From the human T2T-CHM13v2.0 reference genome, Homo sapiens: a DNA stretch of 64,000 nt. The notes below the pieces were generated by a model. It had not been told where the DNA came from and made no database searches. It saw nothing but the letters and a program-made list of their open reading frames with translations. Positions within the stretch are counted from its first letter, which is position 1. Each line of letters starts with the position of its first letter. The position numbers and the translations under genes were made by a program. The DNA lies in assembly GCF_009914755.1 (NCBI RefSeq), contig NC_060948.1. One strand, written 5' to 3'. Below, in pieces: positions 33,011 to 52,660 of the stretch.

Positions 33011-33302
<292 letters not shown>

Positions 33303-35406
33303 AGATCCATATTTTTTAAATGAAAAAAAATTTCAAAGGTACTCTGCTTGGTACAATAATCAAATGTATAAACTGAGGAATAAAACATAACTATGAAACC
33401 TACTTATAACTGCATATGGAAAATACAGAGGATAATTTTTTAAATAACATATTTTGAAAGCCTTAACTAGTAATTTGAAGAGTTGGCATTTGAAAGGCCA
33501 GTATGAATATACCTTCAAAGCAGCAACACAGGTTCCCCATGAGAAAAAGCAAACACAGGGAAAATAAAAACACAAAGGTTCAATCTCTTCTGACCTTTGA
33601 AAGACACAGCACAGACAGTGGTCCTTAGGACGAAGAGCAGGAGACCCCTAATTCCGTCACCATGGCGATAGGGCATAAACATTGCTGGGTGAGGGCACAA
33701 TCCACATTGTGAGGTCCAACTGCTGCCAGGAAGACAGGAGTGCTTTTACATAGACCGAAAGGTCATTGAAGGCTCAGAGTTTTGTTTCAAGAACTGAATC
33801 CCAAGCCCACACGTTATTAGGCTGCGCTTCTTAAAACAAGTTATGAGATGGGAAAAAGGGCACCCACAAACATACGTATACATTATGTATATAATAATAT
33901 ACAGTATCATATATATAATATATATAACCTATGTATAATATTGTTTTACATCCTGCATCTTATGTTATATATATTGTATAAAATATAATAATTGATAATA
34001 TATAAGTTTTATAATTATACAATATGACATATAGTATATATTATAATTTATGACATATATAATATATGTTATATATCACATATAGAATATATTATACGGT
34101 TAATATACGTATTAAATATAAATTATACATTATATATATTATATATAATATATCTGTTATATATAATACCCATTATGCAAAATATATATATTATGTCTAT
34201 GTTATATATAGTATAAAACAACATATAATAATATATAATTGTATATATAAAATGTGACATATAATATATATTATATTTTATAACATATGTAATATATATT
34301 ATATATTATATATAATACGTTGTATGTATAATACCTATATTAAATATATATTATATGACTATGTTATTAATTACATGTCACATGTGTTATATATTATATA
34401 TTTTACATAGAATATACCGGTTACATACAATATATACTATGTTACCTATAATGTATAATTTATTACATGTAAAATAAAGAATGCAATATATTATGTAAAA
34501 TTTATAATATACCATATGTGGAATGTGATATATATAACGTATAATATATGATATATGATGTACAGTATATGATATATAACATACAATATATGATTCCTAA
34601 TATATATGGTATACAATATATATTTTATGATATGTATTCTATATGTTTTATATTCTGTTATATATAACTATTTGAAATTATATATAACTGTATAATATTT
34701 TATGTAAATATGTAATATAATATATATAACTATATAATATATTATATATAACTATATATTATGTTATATATACTTTTATAACATAATTTACATAAAATAT
34801 CATAATATAATATATATTATATTATTTCATATTACATAAAATATATTACATATCACCCAATATAACTAACATACATAATATTATAATATAGATTATATTA
34901 TGTTATAATAAATATCATATATATCATATATCATATATTCTATAATATATATTACACATTATATAATATGTATGTTGTCTATTATGTGATATATATAACT
35001 ATATATATAATTATATTTGTATACATATAACTAGATAAACATGTAATTCTACATATTTTCATTTATAATATGTAGAATTATATAATCATATATAATTATT
35101 TATATTCTAAAAAAATTTTATCATTATATAAATTATTATATATAAAAACTATAATGTGTACTACAAATATATATATTATATATCATATATGCTATAGTAC
35201 CTTTGTTATATATCATAATACATATAAATGTGTATTATGTTATCTATAATTATATAATTTCATATATAAGTTGTATAATATGTATCATATATTATATATG
35301 TTATGTAATATATATAGTATATATAAGATGACACAGGATAAATATTATATACTATGACATATAAAATATATGAGGTTATATGTTACATATAAGGCATAGC
35401 ACATAA

Positions 35407-35721
<315 letters not shown>

Positions 35722-37825
35722 AGATCCATATTTTTTAAATGAAAAAAAATTTCAAAGGTACTCTGCTTGGTACAATAATCAAATGTATAAACTGAGGAAT
35801 AAAACATAACCATGAAACCTACTTATAACTGCATATGGAAAATACAGAGGATAATTTTTTAAATAACATATTTTGAAAGCCTTAACTAGTAATTTGAAGA
35901 GCTGGCATTTGAAAGGCCAGTATGAATATACCTTCAAAGCAGCAACACAGGTTCCCCATGAGAAAAAGCAAACACAGGGAAAATAAAAACACAAAGGTTC
36001 AATCTCTTCTGACCTTTGAAAGACACAGCACAGACAGTGGTCCTTAGGACGAAGAGCAGGAGACCCCTAATTCCGTCACCATGGCGATAGGGCATAAACA
36101 TTGCTGGGTGAGGGCACAATCCACATTGTGAGGTCCAACTGCTGCCAGGAAGACAGGAGTGCTTTTACATAGACCGAAAGGTCATTGAAGGCTCAGAGTT
36201 TTGTTTCAAGAACTGAATCCCAAGCCCACACGTTATTAGGCTGCGCTTCTTAAAACAAGTTATGAGATGGGAAAAAGGGCACCCACAAACATACGTATAC
36301 ATTATGTATATAATAATATACAGTATCATATATATAATATATATAACCTATGTATAATATTGTTTTACATCCTGCATCTTATGTTATATATATTGTATAA
36401 AATATAATAATTGATAATATATAAGTTTATATTTATACAATATGACTTATAGTATATATTATAATTTATGACATATATAATATATGTTATATATCATATA
36501 TAGAATATATTATACGGTTAATATACGTATTAAATATAAATTATACATTATATATATTATATATAATATATCTGTTATATATAATACCCATTATGCATAA
36601 TATATATATTATGTCTATGTTATATATAGTATAAAACAACATATAATAATATATAATTGTATATATAAAATGCGACATATAATATATATTATATTTTATA
36701 ACATATGTAATATATATTATATATTATATATAATACGTTGTATGTATAATACCTATATTAAATATATATTATATGACTATGTTATTAATTACATGTCACA
36801 TGTGTTATATATTATATATTTTACATAGAATATACCGGTTACATACAATATATACTATGTTACCTATAATGTATAATTTATTACATGTAAAATAAAGAAT
36901 GCAATATATTATGTATAATTTATAATATACCATATGTGGAATGTGATATAAATAACATATAATATATGATATATGATATACAGTATATGATATATAACAT
37001 ACAATATATGATTCGTAATATATATGGTATACAATATATATTTTATGATATGTATTCTATATGTTTTATATTCTGTTATATATAACTATTTGAAATTATA
37101 TATAACTGTATAATATTTTATGTAAATATGTAATATAATATATATAACTATATAATATATTATATATAACTATATATTATGTTATATATACTTTTATAAC
37201 ATAATTTACATAAAATATCATAATATAATATATATTATATTATTTCATATTACATAATATATATTACATATCACCCAATATAACTAACATACATAATATT
37301 ATAATATAGATTATATTGTGTTATATTAAATATCATATATATCATGTATCATATATTCTATAATATATATTACACATTATATAATATATATGTTGTCTAT
37401 TATGTGATATATATAACTATATATATAATTATATTTTTATACATATAACTAGATAAACATGTAATTCTACATATTTTCATTTATAATATGTAGAATTATA
37501 TAATCATATATAATTATTTATATTCTATAAAAAATTTTATCATTATATAAATTATAATATATAAAAATTATAATATGTACTACAAATATATATATTATAT
37601 ATCATATATGATATAGTACCTTTGTTATATTTCATAATACATATAAATGTGTATTATGTTATCTATAATTATATAATTTCATATATAAGATGTATAATAT
37701 GTATCATATATTATATATGTTATGTAATATATATAGTATATATAAGATGACACAGGATAAATATTATATACTATGACATATAAAATATATGAGGTTATAT
37801 GTTACATATAAGGCATAGCACATAA

Positions 37826-38140
<315 letters not shown>

Positions 38141-40245
38141 AGATCCATATTTTTTAAATGAAAAAAAATTTCAAAGGTACTCTGCTTGGTACAATAATCA
38201 AATGTATAAACTGAGGAATAAAACATAACCATGAAACCTACTTATAACTGCATATGGAAAATACAGAGGATAATTTTTTAAATAACATATTTTGAAAGCC
38301 TTAACTAGTAATTTGAAGAGCTGGCATTTGAAAGGCCAGTATGAATATACCTTCAAAGCAGCAACACAGGTTCCCCATGAGAAAAAGCAAACACAGGGAA
38401 AATAAAAACACAAAGGTTCAATCTCTTCTGACCTTTGAAAGACACAGCACAGACAGTGGTCCTTAGGACGAAGAGCAGGAGACCCCTAATTCCGTCACCA
38501 TGGCGATAGGGCATAAACATTGCTGGGTGAGGGCACAATCCACATTGTGAGGTCCAACTGCTGCCAGGAAGACAGGAGTGCTTTTACATAGACCGAAAGG
38601 TCATTGAAGGCTCAGAGTTTTGTTTCAAGAACTGAATCCCAAGCCCACACGTTATTAGGCTGCGCTTCTTAAAACAAGTTATGAGATGGGAAAAAGGGCA
38701 CCCACAAACATACGTATACATTATGTATATAATAATATACAGTATCATATATATAATATATATAACCTATGTATAATATTGTTTTACATCCTGCATCTTA
38801 TGTTATATATATTGTATAAAATATAATAATTGATAATATATAAGTTTTATAAGTATACAATATGACATATAGTATATATTATAATTTATGACATATATAA
38901 TATATGTTATATGTCATATATAGAGTATATTATACGGTTAATATACGTATTAAATATAAATTATACATTATATATATTATATATAATATATCTGTTATAT
39001 ATAATACCCATTATGCATAATATATATATTATGTCTATGTTATATATAGTATAAAACAACATATAATAATATATAATTGTATATATAAAATGCGACATAT
39101 AATATATATTATATTTTATTACATATGTAATATATATTATATACTATATATAATACGTTGTATGTATAATACCTATATTAAATATATATTATATGATTAT
39201 GTTATTAATTACATGTCACATGTGTTATATATTATATATTTTACATAGAATATACCGGTTACATACAATATATACTATGTTACCTATAATGTATAATTTA
39301 TTACATGTAAAATAAAGAATGCAATATATTATGTAAAATTTATAATATACCATATGTGGAATGTGATATATATAACGTATAATATATGATATATGATGTA
39401 CAGTATATGATATATAACATACAATATATGATTCCTAATATATATGGTATACAATATATATTTTATGTTATGTATTCTATATGTTTTATATTCTGTTATA
39501 TATAACTATTTGAAATTATATATAACTGTATAATATTTTATGTAAATATGTAATATAATATATATAACTATATAATATATTATATATAACTATATATTAT
39601 GTTATATATACTTTTATAACATAATTTACATAAAATATCATAATATAATATATATTATATTATTTCATATTACATAATATATATTACATATCACCCAATA
39701 TAACTAACATACATAATATTATAATATAGATTATATTATGTTATATTAAATGTCATATATATCATGTATCATATATTCTATAATATATATTACACCTTAT
39801 ATAATATGTATGTTGTCTATTATGTGATATATATAACTATATATATAATTATATTTTTATACATATAACTAGATAAACATGTAATTCTACATATTTCCAT
39901 TTATAATATGTAGAATTATATAATCATATATAACTATTTATATTCTATAAAAAATTTTATCATTATATAAATTATAATATATAAAAATTATAATATGTAC
40001 TACAAATATATATATTATATATCATATATGATATAGTACCTTTGTTATATATCATAATACATATAAATGTGTATTATGTTATCTATAATTATATAATTTC
40101 ATAGATAAGATGTATAATATGTATCATATATTATATATGTTATGTAATATATATAGTATATATAAGATGACACAGGATAAATATTATATACTATGACATA
40201 TAAAATATATGAGGTTATATGTTACATATAAGGCATAGCACATAA

Positions 40246-40560
<315 letters not shown>

Positions 40561-42688
40561 AGATCCATATTTTTTAAATGAAAAAAAATTTCAAAGGTAC
40601 TCTGCTTGGTACAATAATCAAATGTATAAACTGAGGAATAAAACATAACCATGAAACCTACTTATAACTGCATATGGAAAATACAGAGGATAATTTTTTA
40701 AATAACATATTTTGAAAGCCTTAACTAGTAATTTGAAGAGCTGGCATTTGAAAGGCCAGTATGAATATACCTTCAAAGCAGCAACACAGGTTCCCCATGA
40801 GAAAAAGCAAACACAGGGAAAATAAAAACACAAAGGTTCAATCTCTTCTGACCTTTGAAAGACACAGCACAGACAGTGGTCCTTAGGACGAAGAGCAGGA
40901 GACCCCTAATTCCGTCACCATGGCGATAGGGCATAAACATTGCTGGGTGAGGGCACAATCCACATTGTGAGGTCCAACTGCTGCCAGGAAGACAGGAGTG
41001 CTTTTACATAGACCGAAAGGTCATTGAAGGCTCAGAGTTTTGTTTCAAGAACTGAATCCCAAGCCCACACGTTATTAGGCTGCGCTTCTTAAAACAAGTT
41101 ATGAGATGGGAAAAAGGGCACCCACAAACATACGTATACATTATGTATATAATAATATACAGTATCATATATATAATATATATAACCTATGTATAATATT
41201 GTTTTACATCCCGCATCTTATGTTATATATATTGTATAAAATATAATAATTGTTAATATATAAGTTTTATAATTATACAATATGACATATAGTATATATT
41301 ATAATTTATGACATATATAATATATGTTATATGTCATATATAGAATATATTATACGGTTAATATACGTATTAAATATAAATTATACATTATATATATTAT
41401 ATATAATATATCTGTTATATATAATACCCATTATGCATAATATATATATTATGTCTATGTTATATATAGTATAAAACAACATATTATAATATATAATTGT
41501 ATATATAAAATGCGACATATAATATATATTATATTTTATTACATATGTAATATATATTATATATTATATATAATACGTTGTATGTATAATACCTATATTA
41601 AATATATATTATATGACCATGTTATTAATTACATGTCACATGTGTTATATATTATATATTTTACATAGAATATACCGGTTACATACAATATATACTATGT
41701 TACCTATAATGTATAATTTATTACATGTAAAATAAAGAATGCAATATATTATGTAAAATTTATAATATACCATATGTGGAATGTGATATATATAACATAT
41801 AATATATGATATATGATGTACAGTATATGATATATAACATACAATATATGATTCCTAATATATATGGTATACAATATATATTTTATGTTATGTATTCTAT
41901 ATGTTTTATATTCTGTTATATATAACTATTTGAAATTATATATAACTGTATAATATTTTATGTAAATATGTAATATAATATATATAACTATATAATATAT
42001 TATATATAACTATATATTATGTTATATATACTTTTATAACATAATTTACATAAAATATCATAATATAATATATATTATATTATTTCATATTACATAATAT
42101 ATATTACATATCACCCAATATAACTAACATACATAATATTATAATATAGATTATATTATGTTATATTAAATATCATATATATCATGTATCATATATTCTA
42201 TAATATATATTACACCTTATATAATATGTATGTTGTCTATTATGTGATATATATAACTATATATATAATTATATTTTTATACATATAACTAGATAAACAT
42301 GTAATTCTACATATTTTCATTTATAATATGTAGAATTATATAATCATATATAATTATTTATATTCTATAAAAAATTTTATCATTATATAAATTATAATAT
42401 ATAAAAATTATAATATGTACTACAAATATATATATTATATATCATATATGATATAGTACCTTTGTTATATATCATAATACATATAAATGTGTATTATGTT
42501 ATCTATAATTATATAATTTCATATATAAGATGTATAATATGTATCATATATTATATATGTTATGTAATATATATAGTATATATAAGATGACACAGGATAA
42601 ATATTATATACTATGACATATAAAATATATGAGGTTATATGTTACATATAAGGCATAGCACATAACATGTAATATATATCACATATAA

Positions 42689-42980
42689 TTTTTTTTTAGA
42701 CAGAATCTTGTCCTGTTGCACAGGGTGGGGTACAATGGCGCCATCTTTGCTCACTGCAACTTCTGCCTCACGGGTCCAAGCGATTGTCCTCCCTCAGCCT
42801 CCCAGGTAGCTGGGACTACACCACACTGGGACTACACCAGCTGCCACCATGCCTAGCTAATTATTTGGATTTTTAGTAGTGACAGCGTTTCACTGTATTG
42901 GCCAGGATGGTCTTGATCTCTTCACCTTGTGATCCCCTTGCCTTGGCCTCCAAATTTGCTGGGATTACAGACCTGAGCCA
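42689..42980 (-). mobile_element. Diverged Alu, unit 18
   Basis: Copy; ACAGACCTGAG variant (one GGCC lost). Confidence 0.93.
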
Positions 42981-45108
42981 AGATCCATATTTTTTAAATG
43001 AAAAAAAATTTCAAAGGTACTCTGCTTGGTACAATAATCAAATGTATAAACTGAGGAATAAAACATAACCATGAAACCTACTTATAACTGCATATGGAAA
43101 ATACAGAGGATAATTTTTTAAATAACATATTTTGAAAGCCTTAACTAGTAATTTGAAGAGCTGGCATTTGAAAGGCCAGTATGAATATACCTTCAAAGCA
43201 GCAACTCAGGTTCCCCATGAGAAAAAGCAAACACAGGGAAAATAAAACCACAAAGGTTCAATCTCTTCTGACCTTTGAAAGACACAGCACAGACAGTGGT
43301 CCTTAGGACGAAGAGCAGGAGACCCCTAATTCCGTCACCATGGCGATAGGGCATAAACATTGCTGGGTGAGGGCACAATCCACATTGTGAGGTCCAACTG
43401 CTGCCAGGAAGACAGGAGTGCTTTTACATAGACCGAAAGGTCATGGAAGGCTCAGAGTTTTCTTTCAAGAACTGAATCCCAAGCCCACACGTTATTAGGC
43501 TGCGCTTCTTAAAACAAGTTATGAGATGGGAAAAAGGGCACCCACAAACATACGTATACATTATGTATATAATAATATACAGTATCATATATATAATATA
43601 TATAACCTATGTATAATATTGTTTTACATCCTGCATCTTATGTTATATATATTGTATAAAATATAATAATTGATAATATATAAGTTTTATAATTATACAA
43701 TATGACATATAGTATATATTATAATTTATGACATATATAATATATGTTATATGTCATATATAGAATATATTATACGGTTAATATACGTATTAAATATAAA
43801 TTATACATTATATATATTATATATAATATATCTGTTATATATAATACCCATTATGCATAATATATATATTATGTCTATGTTATATATAGTATAAAACAAC
43901 ATATAATAATATATAATTGTATATATAAAATGCGACATATAATATATATTATATTTTATAACATATGTAATATATATTATATATTATATATAATACGTTG
44001 TATGTATAATACCTATATTAAATATATATTATATGACTATGTTATTAATTACGTGTCACATGTGTTATATATTATATATTTTACATAGAATATACCGGTT
44101 ACATACAATATATACTATGTTACCTATAATGTATAATTTATTACATGTAAAATAAACAATGCAATATATTATGTATAATTTATAATATACAATATGTGGA
44201 ATGTGATATATATAACATATAATATATGATATATGATATACAGTATATGATATATAACATACAATATATGATTCCTAATATATATGGTATACAATATATA
44301 TTTTATGATATGTATTCTATATGTTTTATATTCTGTTATATATAACTATTTGAAATTATATATAACTGTATAATATTTTATGTAAATATGTAATATAATA
44401 TATATAACTATATAATATATTATATATAACTATATATTATGTTATATATACTTTTATAACATAATTTACATAAAATATCATAATATAATATATATTATAT
44501 TATTTCATATTACATAATATATATTACATATCACCCAATATAACTAACATACATAATATTATAATATAGATTATATTGTGTTATATTAAATATCATATAT
44601 ATCATGTATCATATATTCTATAATATATATTACACATTATATAATATGTATGTTGTCTATTATGTGATATATATAACTATATATATAATTATATTTTTAT
44701 ACATATAACTAGATAAACATGTAATTCTACATATTTTCATTTATAATATGTATAATTATATAATCATATATAATTATTTATATTCTATAAAAAATTTTAT
44801 CATTATATAAATTATAATATATAAAAATTATAATATGTACTACAAATATATATATTATATATCATATATGATATAGTACTATTGTTATATTTCATAATAC
44901 ATATAAATGTGTATTATGTTATCTATAATTATATAATTTCATATATAAGATGTATAATATGTATCATAAATTATATATGTTGTGTAATATATATAGTATA
45001 TATAAGATGACACAGGATAAATATTATATACTATGACATATAAAATATATGAGGTTATATGTTACATATAAGGCATAGCACATAACATGTAATATATATC
45101 ATATATAA

Positions 45109-45400
45109 TTTTTTTTTAGACAGAATCTTGTCCTGTTGCACAGGGTGGGGTACAATGGCGCCATCTTTGCTGACTGCAAATTCTGCCTCACGGGTCCAAG
45201 CGATTGTCCTCCCTCAGCCTCCCAGGTAGCTGGGACTACACCACACTGGGACTATACCAGCTGCCACCATGCCTAGCTAATTTTTTGGATTTTTAGTAGT
45301 GACAGCGTTTCACTGTATTGGCCAGGATGGTCTTGATCTCTTCACCTTGTGATCCCCTTGCCTTGGCCTCCAAATTTGCTGGGATTACAGGCCTGAGCCA
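45109..45400 (-). mobile_element. Diverged Alu, unit 19
   Basis: Copy; GCTGACTGCAAA variant. Confidence 0.93.
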
Positions 45401-47528
45401 AGATCCATATTTTTTAAATGAAAAAAAATTTCAAAGGTACTCTGCTTGGTACAATAATCAAATGTATAAACTGAGGAATAAAACATAACCATGAAACCTA
45501 CTTATAACTGCATATGGAAAATACAGAGGATAATTTTTTAAATAACATATTTTGAAAGCCTTAACTAGTAATTTGAAGAGTTGGCATTTGAAAGGCCAGT
45601 ATGAATATACCTTCAAAGCAGCAACACAGGTTCCCCATGAGAAAAAGCAAACACAGGGAAAATAAAAACACAAAGGTTCAATCTCTTCTGACCTTTGAAA
45701 GACACAGCACAGACAGTGGTCCTTAGGACGAAGAGCAGGAGACCCCTAATTCCGTCACCATGGCGATAGGGCATAAACATTGCTGGGTGAGGGCACAATC
45801 CACATTGTGAGGTCCAACTGCTGCCAGGAAGACAGGAGTGCTTTTACATAGACCGAAAGGTCATTGAAGGCTCAGAGTTTTGTTTCAAGAACTGAATCCC
45901 AAGCCCACACGTTATTAGGCTGCGCTTCTTAAAACAAGTTATGAGATGGGAAAAAGGGCACCCACAAACATACGTATACATTATGTATATAATAATATAC
46001 AGTATCATATATATAATATATATAACCTATGTATAATATTGTTTTACATCCTGCATCTAATGTTATATATATTGTATAAAATATAATAATTGATAATATA
46101 TAAGTTTTATAATTATACAATATGACATATAGTATATATTATAATTTATGACATATATAATATATGTTATATGTCATATATAGAATATATTATACGGTTA
46201 ATATACGTATTAAATATAAATTATACATTATATATATTATATATAATATATCTGTTATATATAATACCCATTATGCATAATATATATATTATGTCTATGT
46301 TATATATAGCATAAAACAACATATAATAATATATAATTGTATATATAAAATGCGACATATAATATATATTATATTTTATTACATATGTAATATATATTAT
46401 ATATTATATATAATACGTTGTATGTATAATACCTATATTAAATATATATTATATGACTATGTTATTAATTACATGTCACATGCGTTATATATTATATATT
46501 TTATATAGAATATACCGGTTACATACAATATATACTATGTTACCTATAATGTATAATTTATTACATGTAAAATAAAGAATGCAATATATTATGTAAAATT
46601 TATAATATACCATATGTGGAATGTGATATATATAACATATAATATATGATATATGATGTACAGTATATGATATATAACATACAATATATGATTCCTAATA
46701 TATATGGTATACAATATATATTTTATGTTATGTATTCTATATGTTTTATATTCTGTTATATATAACTATTTGAAATTATATATAACTGTATAATATTTTA
46801 TGTAAATATGTAATATAATATATATAACTATATAATATATTATATATAACTATATATTATGTTATATATACTTTTATAACATAATTTACATAAAATATCA
46901 TAATATAATATATAATATATTATTTCATATTACATAATATATATTACATATCACCCAATATAACTAACATACATAATATTATAATATAGATTATATTATG
47001 TTATATTAAATATCATATATATCATGTATCATATATTCTATAATATATATTACACCTTATATAATATGTATGTTGTCTATTATGTGATATATATAACTAT
47101 ATATATAATTATATTTTTATACATATAACTAGATAAACATGTAATTCTACATATTTTCATTTATAATATGTAGAATTATATAATCATATATAATTATTTA
47201 TATTCTATAAAAAATTTTATCATTATATAAATTATAATATATAAAAATTATAATATGTACTACAAATATATATATTATATATCATATATGATATAGTACC
47301 TTTGTTATATATCATAATACATATAAATGTGTATTATGTTATCTATAATTATATAATTTCATATATAAGATGTATAATGTGTATCATATATTATATATGT
47401 TATGTAATATATATAGTATATATAAGATGACACAGGATAAATATTATATACTATGACATATAAAATATATGAGGTTATATGTTACATATAAGGCATAGCA
47501 CATAACATGTAATATATATCATATATAA

Positions 47529-47820
47529 TTTTTTTTTAGACAGAATCTTGTCCTGTTGCACAGGGTGGGGTACAATGGCGCCATCTTTGCTGACTGCAAA
47601 TTCTGCCTCACGGGTCCAAGCGATTGTCCTCCCTCAGCCTCCCAGGTAGCTGGGACTACACCACACTGGGACTACACCAGCTGCCACCATGCCTAGCTAA
47701 TTTTTTGGATTTTTAGTAGTGACAGCGTTTCACTGTATTGGCCAGGATGGTCTTGATCTCTTCACCTTGTGATCCCCTTGCCTTGGCCTCCAAATTTGCT
47801 GGGATTACAGGCCTGAGCCA
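47529..47820 (-). mobile_element. Diverged Alu, unit 20
   Basis: Copy; GCTGACTGCAAA variant. Confidence 0.93.
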
Positions 47821-49925
47821 AGATCCATATTTTTTAAATGAAAAAAAATTTCAAAGGTACTCTGCTTGGTACAATAATCAAATGTATAAACTGAGGAATA
47901 AAACATAACCATGAAACCTACTTATAACTGCATATGGAAAATACAGAGGATAATTTTTTAAATAACATATTTTGAAAGCCTTAACTAGTAATTTGAAGAG
48001 TTGGCATTTGAAAGGCCAGTATGAATAAACCTTCAAAGCAGCAACACAGGTTCCCCATGAGAAAAAGCAAACACAGGGAAAATAAAAACACAAAGGTTCA
48101 ATCTCTTCTGACCTTTGAAAGACACAGCACAGACAGTGGTCCTTAGGACGAAGAGCAGGAGACCCCTAATTCCGTCACCATGGCGATAGGGCATAAACAT
48201 TGCTGGGTGAGGGCACAATCCACATTGTGAGGTCCAACTGCTGCCAGGAAGACAGGAGTGCTTTTACATAGACCGAAAGGTCATTGAAGGCTCAGAGTTT
48301 TGTTTCAAGAACTGAATCCCAAGCCCACACGTTATTAGGCTGCGCTTCTTAAAACAAGTTATGAGATGGGAAAAAGGGCACCCACAAACATACGTATACA
48401 TTATGTATATAATAATATACAGTATCATATATATAATATATATAACCTATGTATAATATTGTTTTACATCCTGCATCTAATGTTATATATATTGTATAAA
48501 ATATAATAATTGATAATATATAAGTTTTATAATTATACAATATGACATATAGTATATATTATAATTTATGACATATATAATATATGTTATATGTCATATA
48601 TAGAATATATTATACGGTTAATATACGTATTAAATATAAATTATACATTATATATATTATATATAATATATCTGTTATATATAATACCCATTATGCATAA
48701 TATATATATTATGTCTATGTTATATATAGTATAAAACAACATATAATAATATATAATTGTATATATAAAATGCGACATATAATATATATTATATTTTATA
48801 ACATATGTAATATATATTATATATTATATATAATACGTTGTATGTATAATACCTATATTAAATATATATTATATGACTATGTTATTAATTACATGTCACA
48901 TGTGTTATATATTATATATTTTACATAGAATATACCGGTTACATACAATATATACTATGTTACCTATAATGTATAATTTATTACAAGTAAAATAAAGAAT
49001 GCAATATATTATGTATAATTTATAATATACCATATGTGGAATGTGATATATATAACATATAATATATGATATATGATATACAGTATATGATATATAACAT
49101 ACAATATATGATTCCTAATATATATGGTATACAATATATATTTTATGATATGTATTCTATATGTTTTATATTCTGTTATATATAACTATTTGAAATTATA
49201 TATAACTGTATAATATTTTATGTAAATATGTAATATAATATATATAACTATATAATATATTATATATAACTATATATTATGTTATATATACTTTTATAAC
49301 ATAATTTACATAAAATATCATAATATAATATATATTATATTATTTCATATTACATAATATATATTACATATCACCCAATATAACTAACATACATAATATT
49401 ATAATATAGATTATATTATGTTATATTAAATATCATATATATCATGTATCATATATTCTATAATATATATTACACATTATATAATATGTATGTTGTCTAT
49501 TATGTGATATATATAACTATATATATAATTATATTTTTATACATATAACTAGATAAACATGTAATTCTACATATTTTCATTTATAATATGTAGAATTATA
49601 AAATCATATATAATTATTTATATTCTATAAAAAATTTTATCATTATATAAATTATAATATATAAAAATTATAATATGTACTACAAATATATATATTATAT
49701 ATCATATATGATATAGTACCTTTGTTATATTTCATAATACATATAAATGTGTATTATGTTATCTATAATTATATAATTTCATATATAAGATGTATAATGT
49801 GTATCATATATTATATATGTTATGTAATATATATAGTATATATAAGATGACACAGGATAAATATTATATACTATGACATATAAAATATATGAGGTTATAT
49901 GTTACATATAAGGCATAGCACATAA

Positions 49926-50240
<315 letters not shown>

Positions 50241-52368
50241 AGATCCATATTTTTTAAATGAAAAAAAATTTCAAAGGTACTCTGCTTGGTACAATAATCA
50301 AATGTATAAACTGAGGAATAAAACATAACCATGAAACCTACTTATAACTGCATATGGAAAATACAGAGGATAATTTTTTAAATAACATATTTTGAAAGCC
50401 TTAACTAGTAATTTGAAGAGCTGGCATTTGAAAGGCCAGTATGAATATACCTTCAAAGCAGCAACATAGGTTCCCCATGAGAAAAAGCAAACACAGGGAA
50501 AATAAAAACACAAAGGTTCAATCTCTTCTGACCTTTGAAAGACACAGCACAGACAGTGGTCCTTAGGACGAAGAGCAGGAGACCCCTAATTCCGTCACCA
50601 TGGCGATAGGGCATAAACATTGCTGGGTGAGGGCACAATCCACATTGTGAGGTCCAACTGCTGCCAGGAAGACAGGAGTGCTTTTACATAGACCGAAAGG
50701 TCATTGAAGGCTCAGAGTTTTCTTTCAAGAACTGAATCCCAAGCCCACACGTTATTAGGCTGCGCTTCTTAAAACAAGTTATGAGATGGGAAAAAGGGCA
50801 CCCACAAACATACGTATACATTATGTATATAATAATATACAGTATCATATATATAATATATATAACCTATGTATAATATTGTTTTACATCCTGCATCTTA
50901 TGTTATATATATTGTATAAAATATAATAATTGATAATATATAAGTTTTATAATTATACAATATGACATATAGTATATATTATAATTTATGACATATATAA
51001 TATATGTTATATGTCATATATAGAATATATTATACGGTTAATATACGTATTAAATATAAATTATACATTATATATATTATATATAATATATCTGTTATAT
51101 ATAATACCCATTATGCATAATATATATATTATGTCTATGTTATATATAGTATAAAACAACATATAATAATATATAATTGTATATATAAAATGCGACATAT
51201 AATATATATTATATTTTATAACATATGTAATATATATTATATATTATATATAATACGTTGTATGTATAATACCTATATTAAATATATATTATATGACTAT
51301 GTTATTAATTACATGTCACATGTGTTATATATTATATATTTTACATAGAATATACCGGTTACATACAATATATACTATGTTACCTATAATGTATAATTTA
51401 TTACATGTAAAATAAAGAATGCAATATATTATGTATAATTTATAATATACCATATGTGGAATGTGATATATATAACATATAATATATGATATATGATATA
51501 CAGTATATGATATATAACATACAATATATGATTCCTAATATATATGGTATACAATATATATTTTATGATATGTATTCTATATGTTTTATATTCTGTTATA
51601 TATAACTATTTGAAATTATATATAACTGTATAATATTTTATGTAAATATGTAATATAATATATATAACTATATAATATATTATATATAACTATATATTAT
51701 GTTATATATACTTTTATAACATAATTTACATAAAATATCATAATATAATATATATTATATTATTTCATATTACATAATATATATTACATATCACCCAATA
51801 TAACTAACATACATAATATTATAATATAGATTATATTATGTTATATTAAATATCATATATATCATGTATCATATATTCTATAATATATATTACACATTAT
51901 ATAATATGTATGTTGTCTATTATGTGATATATATAACTATATATATAATTATATTTTTATACATATAACTAGATAAACATGTAATTCTACATATTTTCAT
52001 TTATAATATGTAGAATTATAAAATCATATATAATTATTTATACTCTATAAAAAATTTTATCATTATATAAATTATAATACATAAAAATTATAATAGGTAC
52101 TACAAATATATATATTATATATCATATATGATATAGTACCTTTGTTATATTTCATAATACATATAAATGTGTATTATGTTATCTATAATTATATAATTTC
52201 ATATATAAGATGTATAATGTGTATCATATGTTATATATGTTATGTAATATATATAGTATATATAAGATGACACAGGATAAATATTATATACTATGACATA
52301 TAAAATATATGAGGTTATATGTTACATATAAGGCATAGCACATAACATGTAATATATATCATATATAA

Positions 52369-52660
52369 TTTTTTTTTAGACAGAATCTTGTCCTGTTGCA
52401 CAGGGTGGGGTACAATGGCGCCATCTTTGCTCACTGCAACTTCTGTCTCACGGGTCCAAGCGATTGTCCTCCCTCAGCCTCCCAGGTAGCTGGGACTACA
52501 CCACACTGGGACTACACCAGCTGCCACCATGCCTAGCTAATTTTTTGGATTTTTAGTAGTGACAGCGTTTCACTGTATTGGCCAGGATGGTCTTGATCTC
52601 TTCACCTTGTGATCCCCTTGCCTTGGCCTCCAAATTTGCTGGGATTACAGGCCTGAGCCA
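52369..52660 (-). mobile_element. Diverged Alu, unit 22
   Basis: Copy; TTCTGTCTCA variant. Confidence 0.93.
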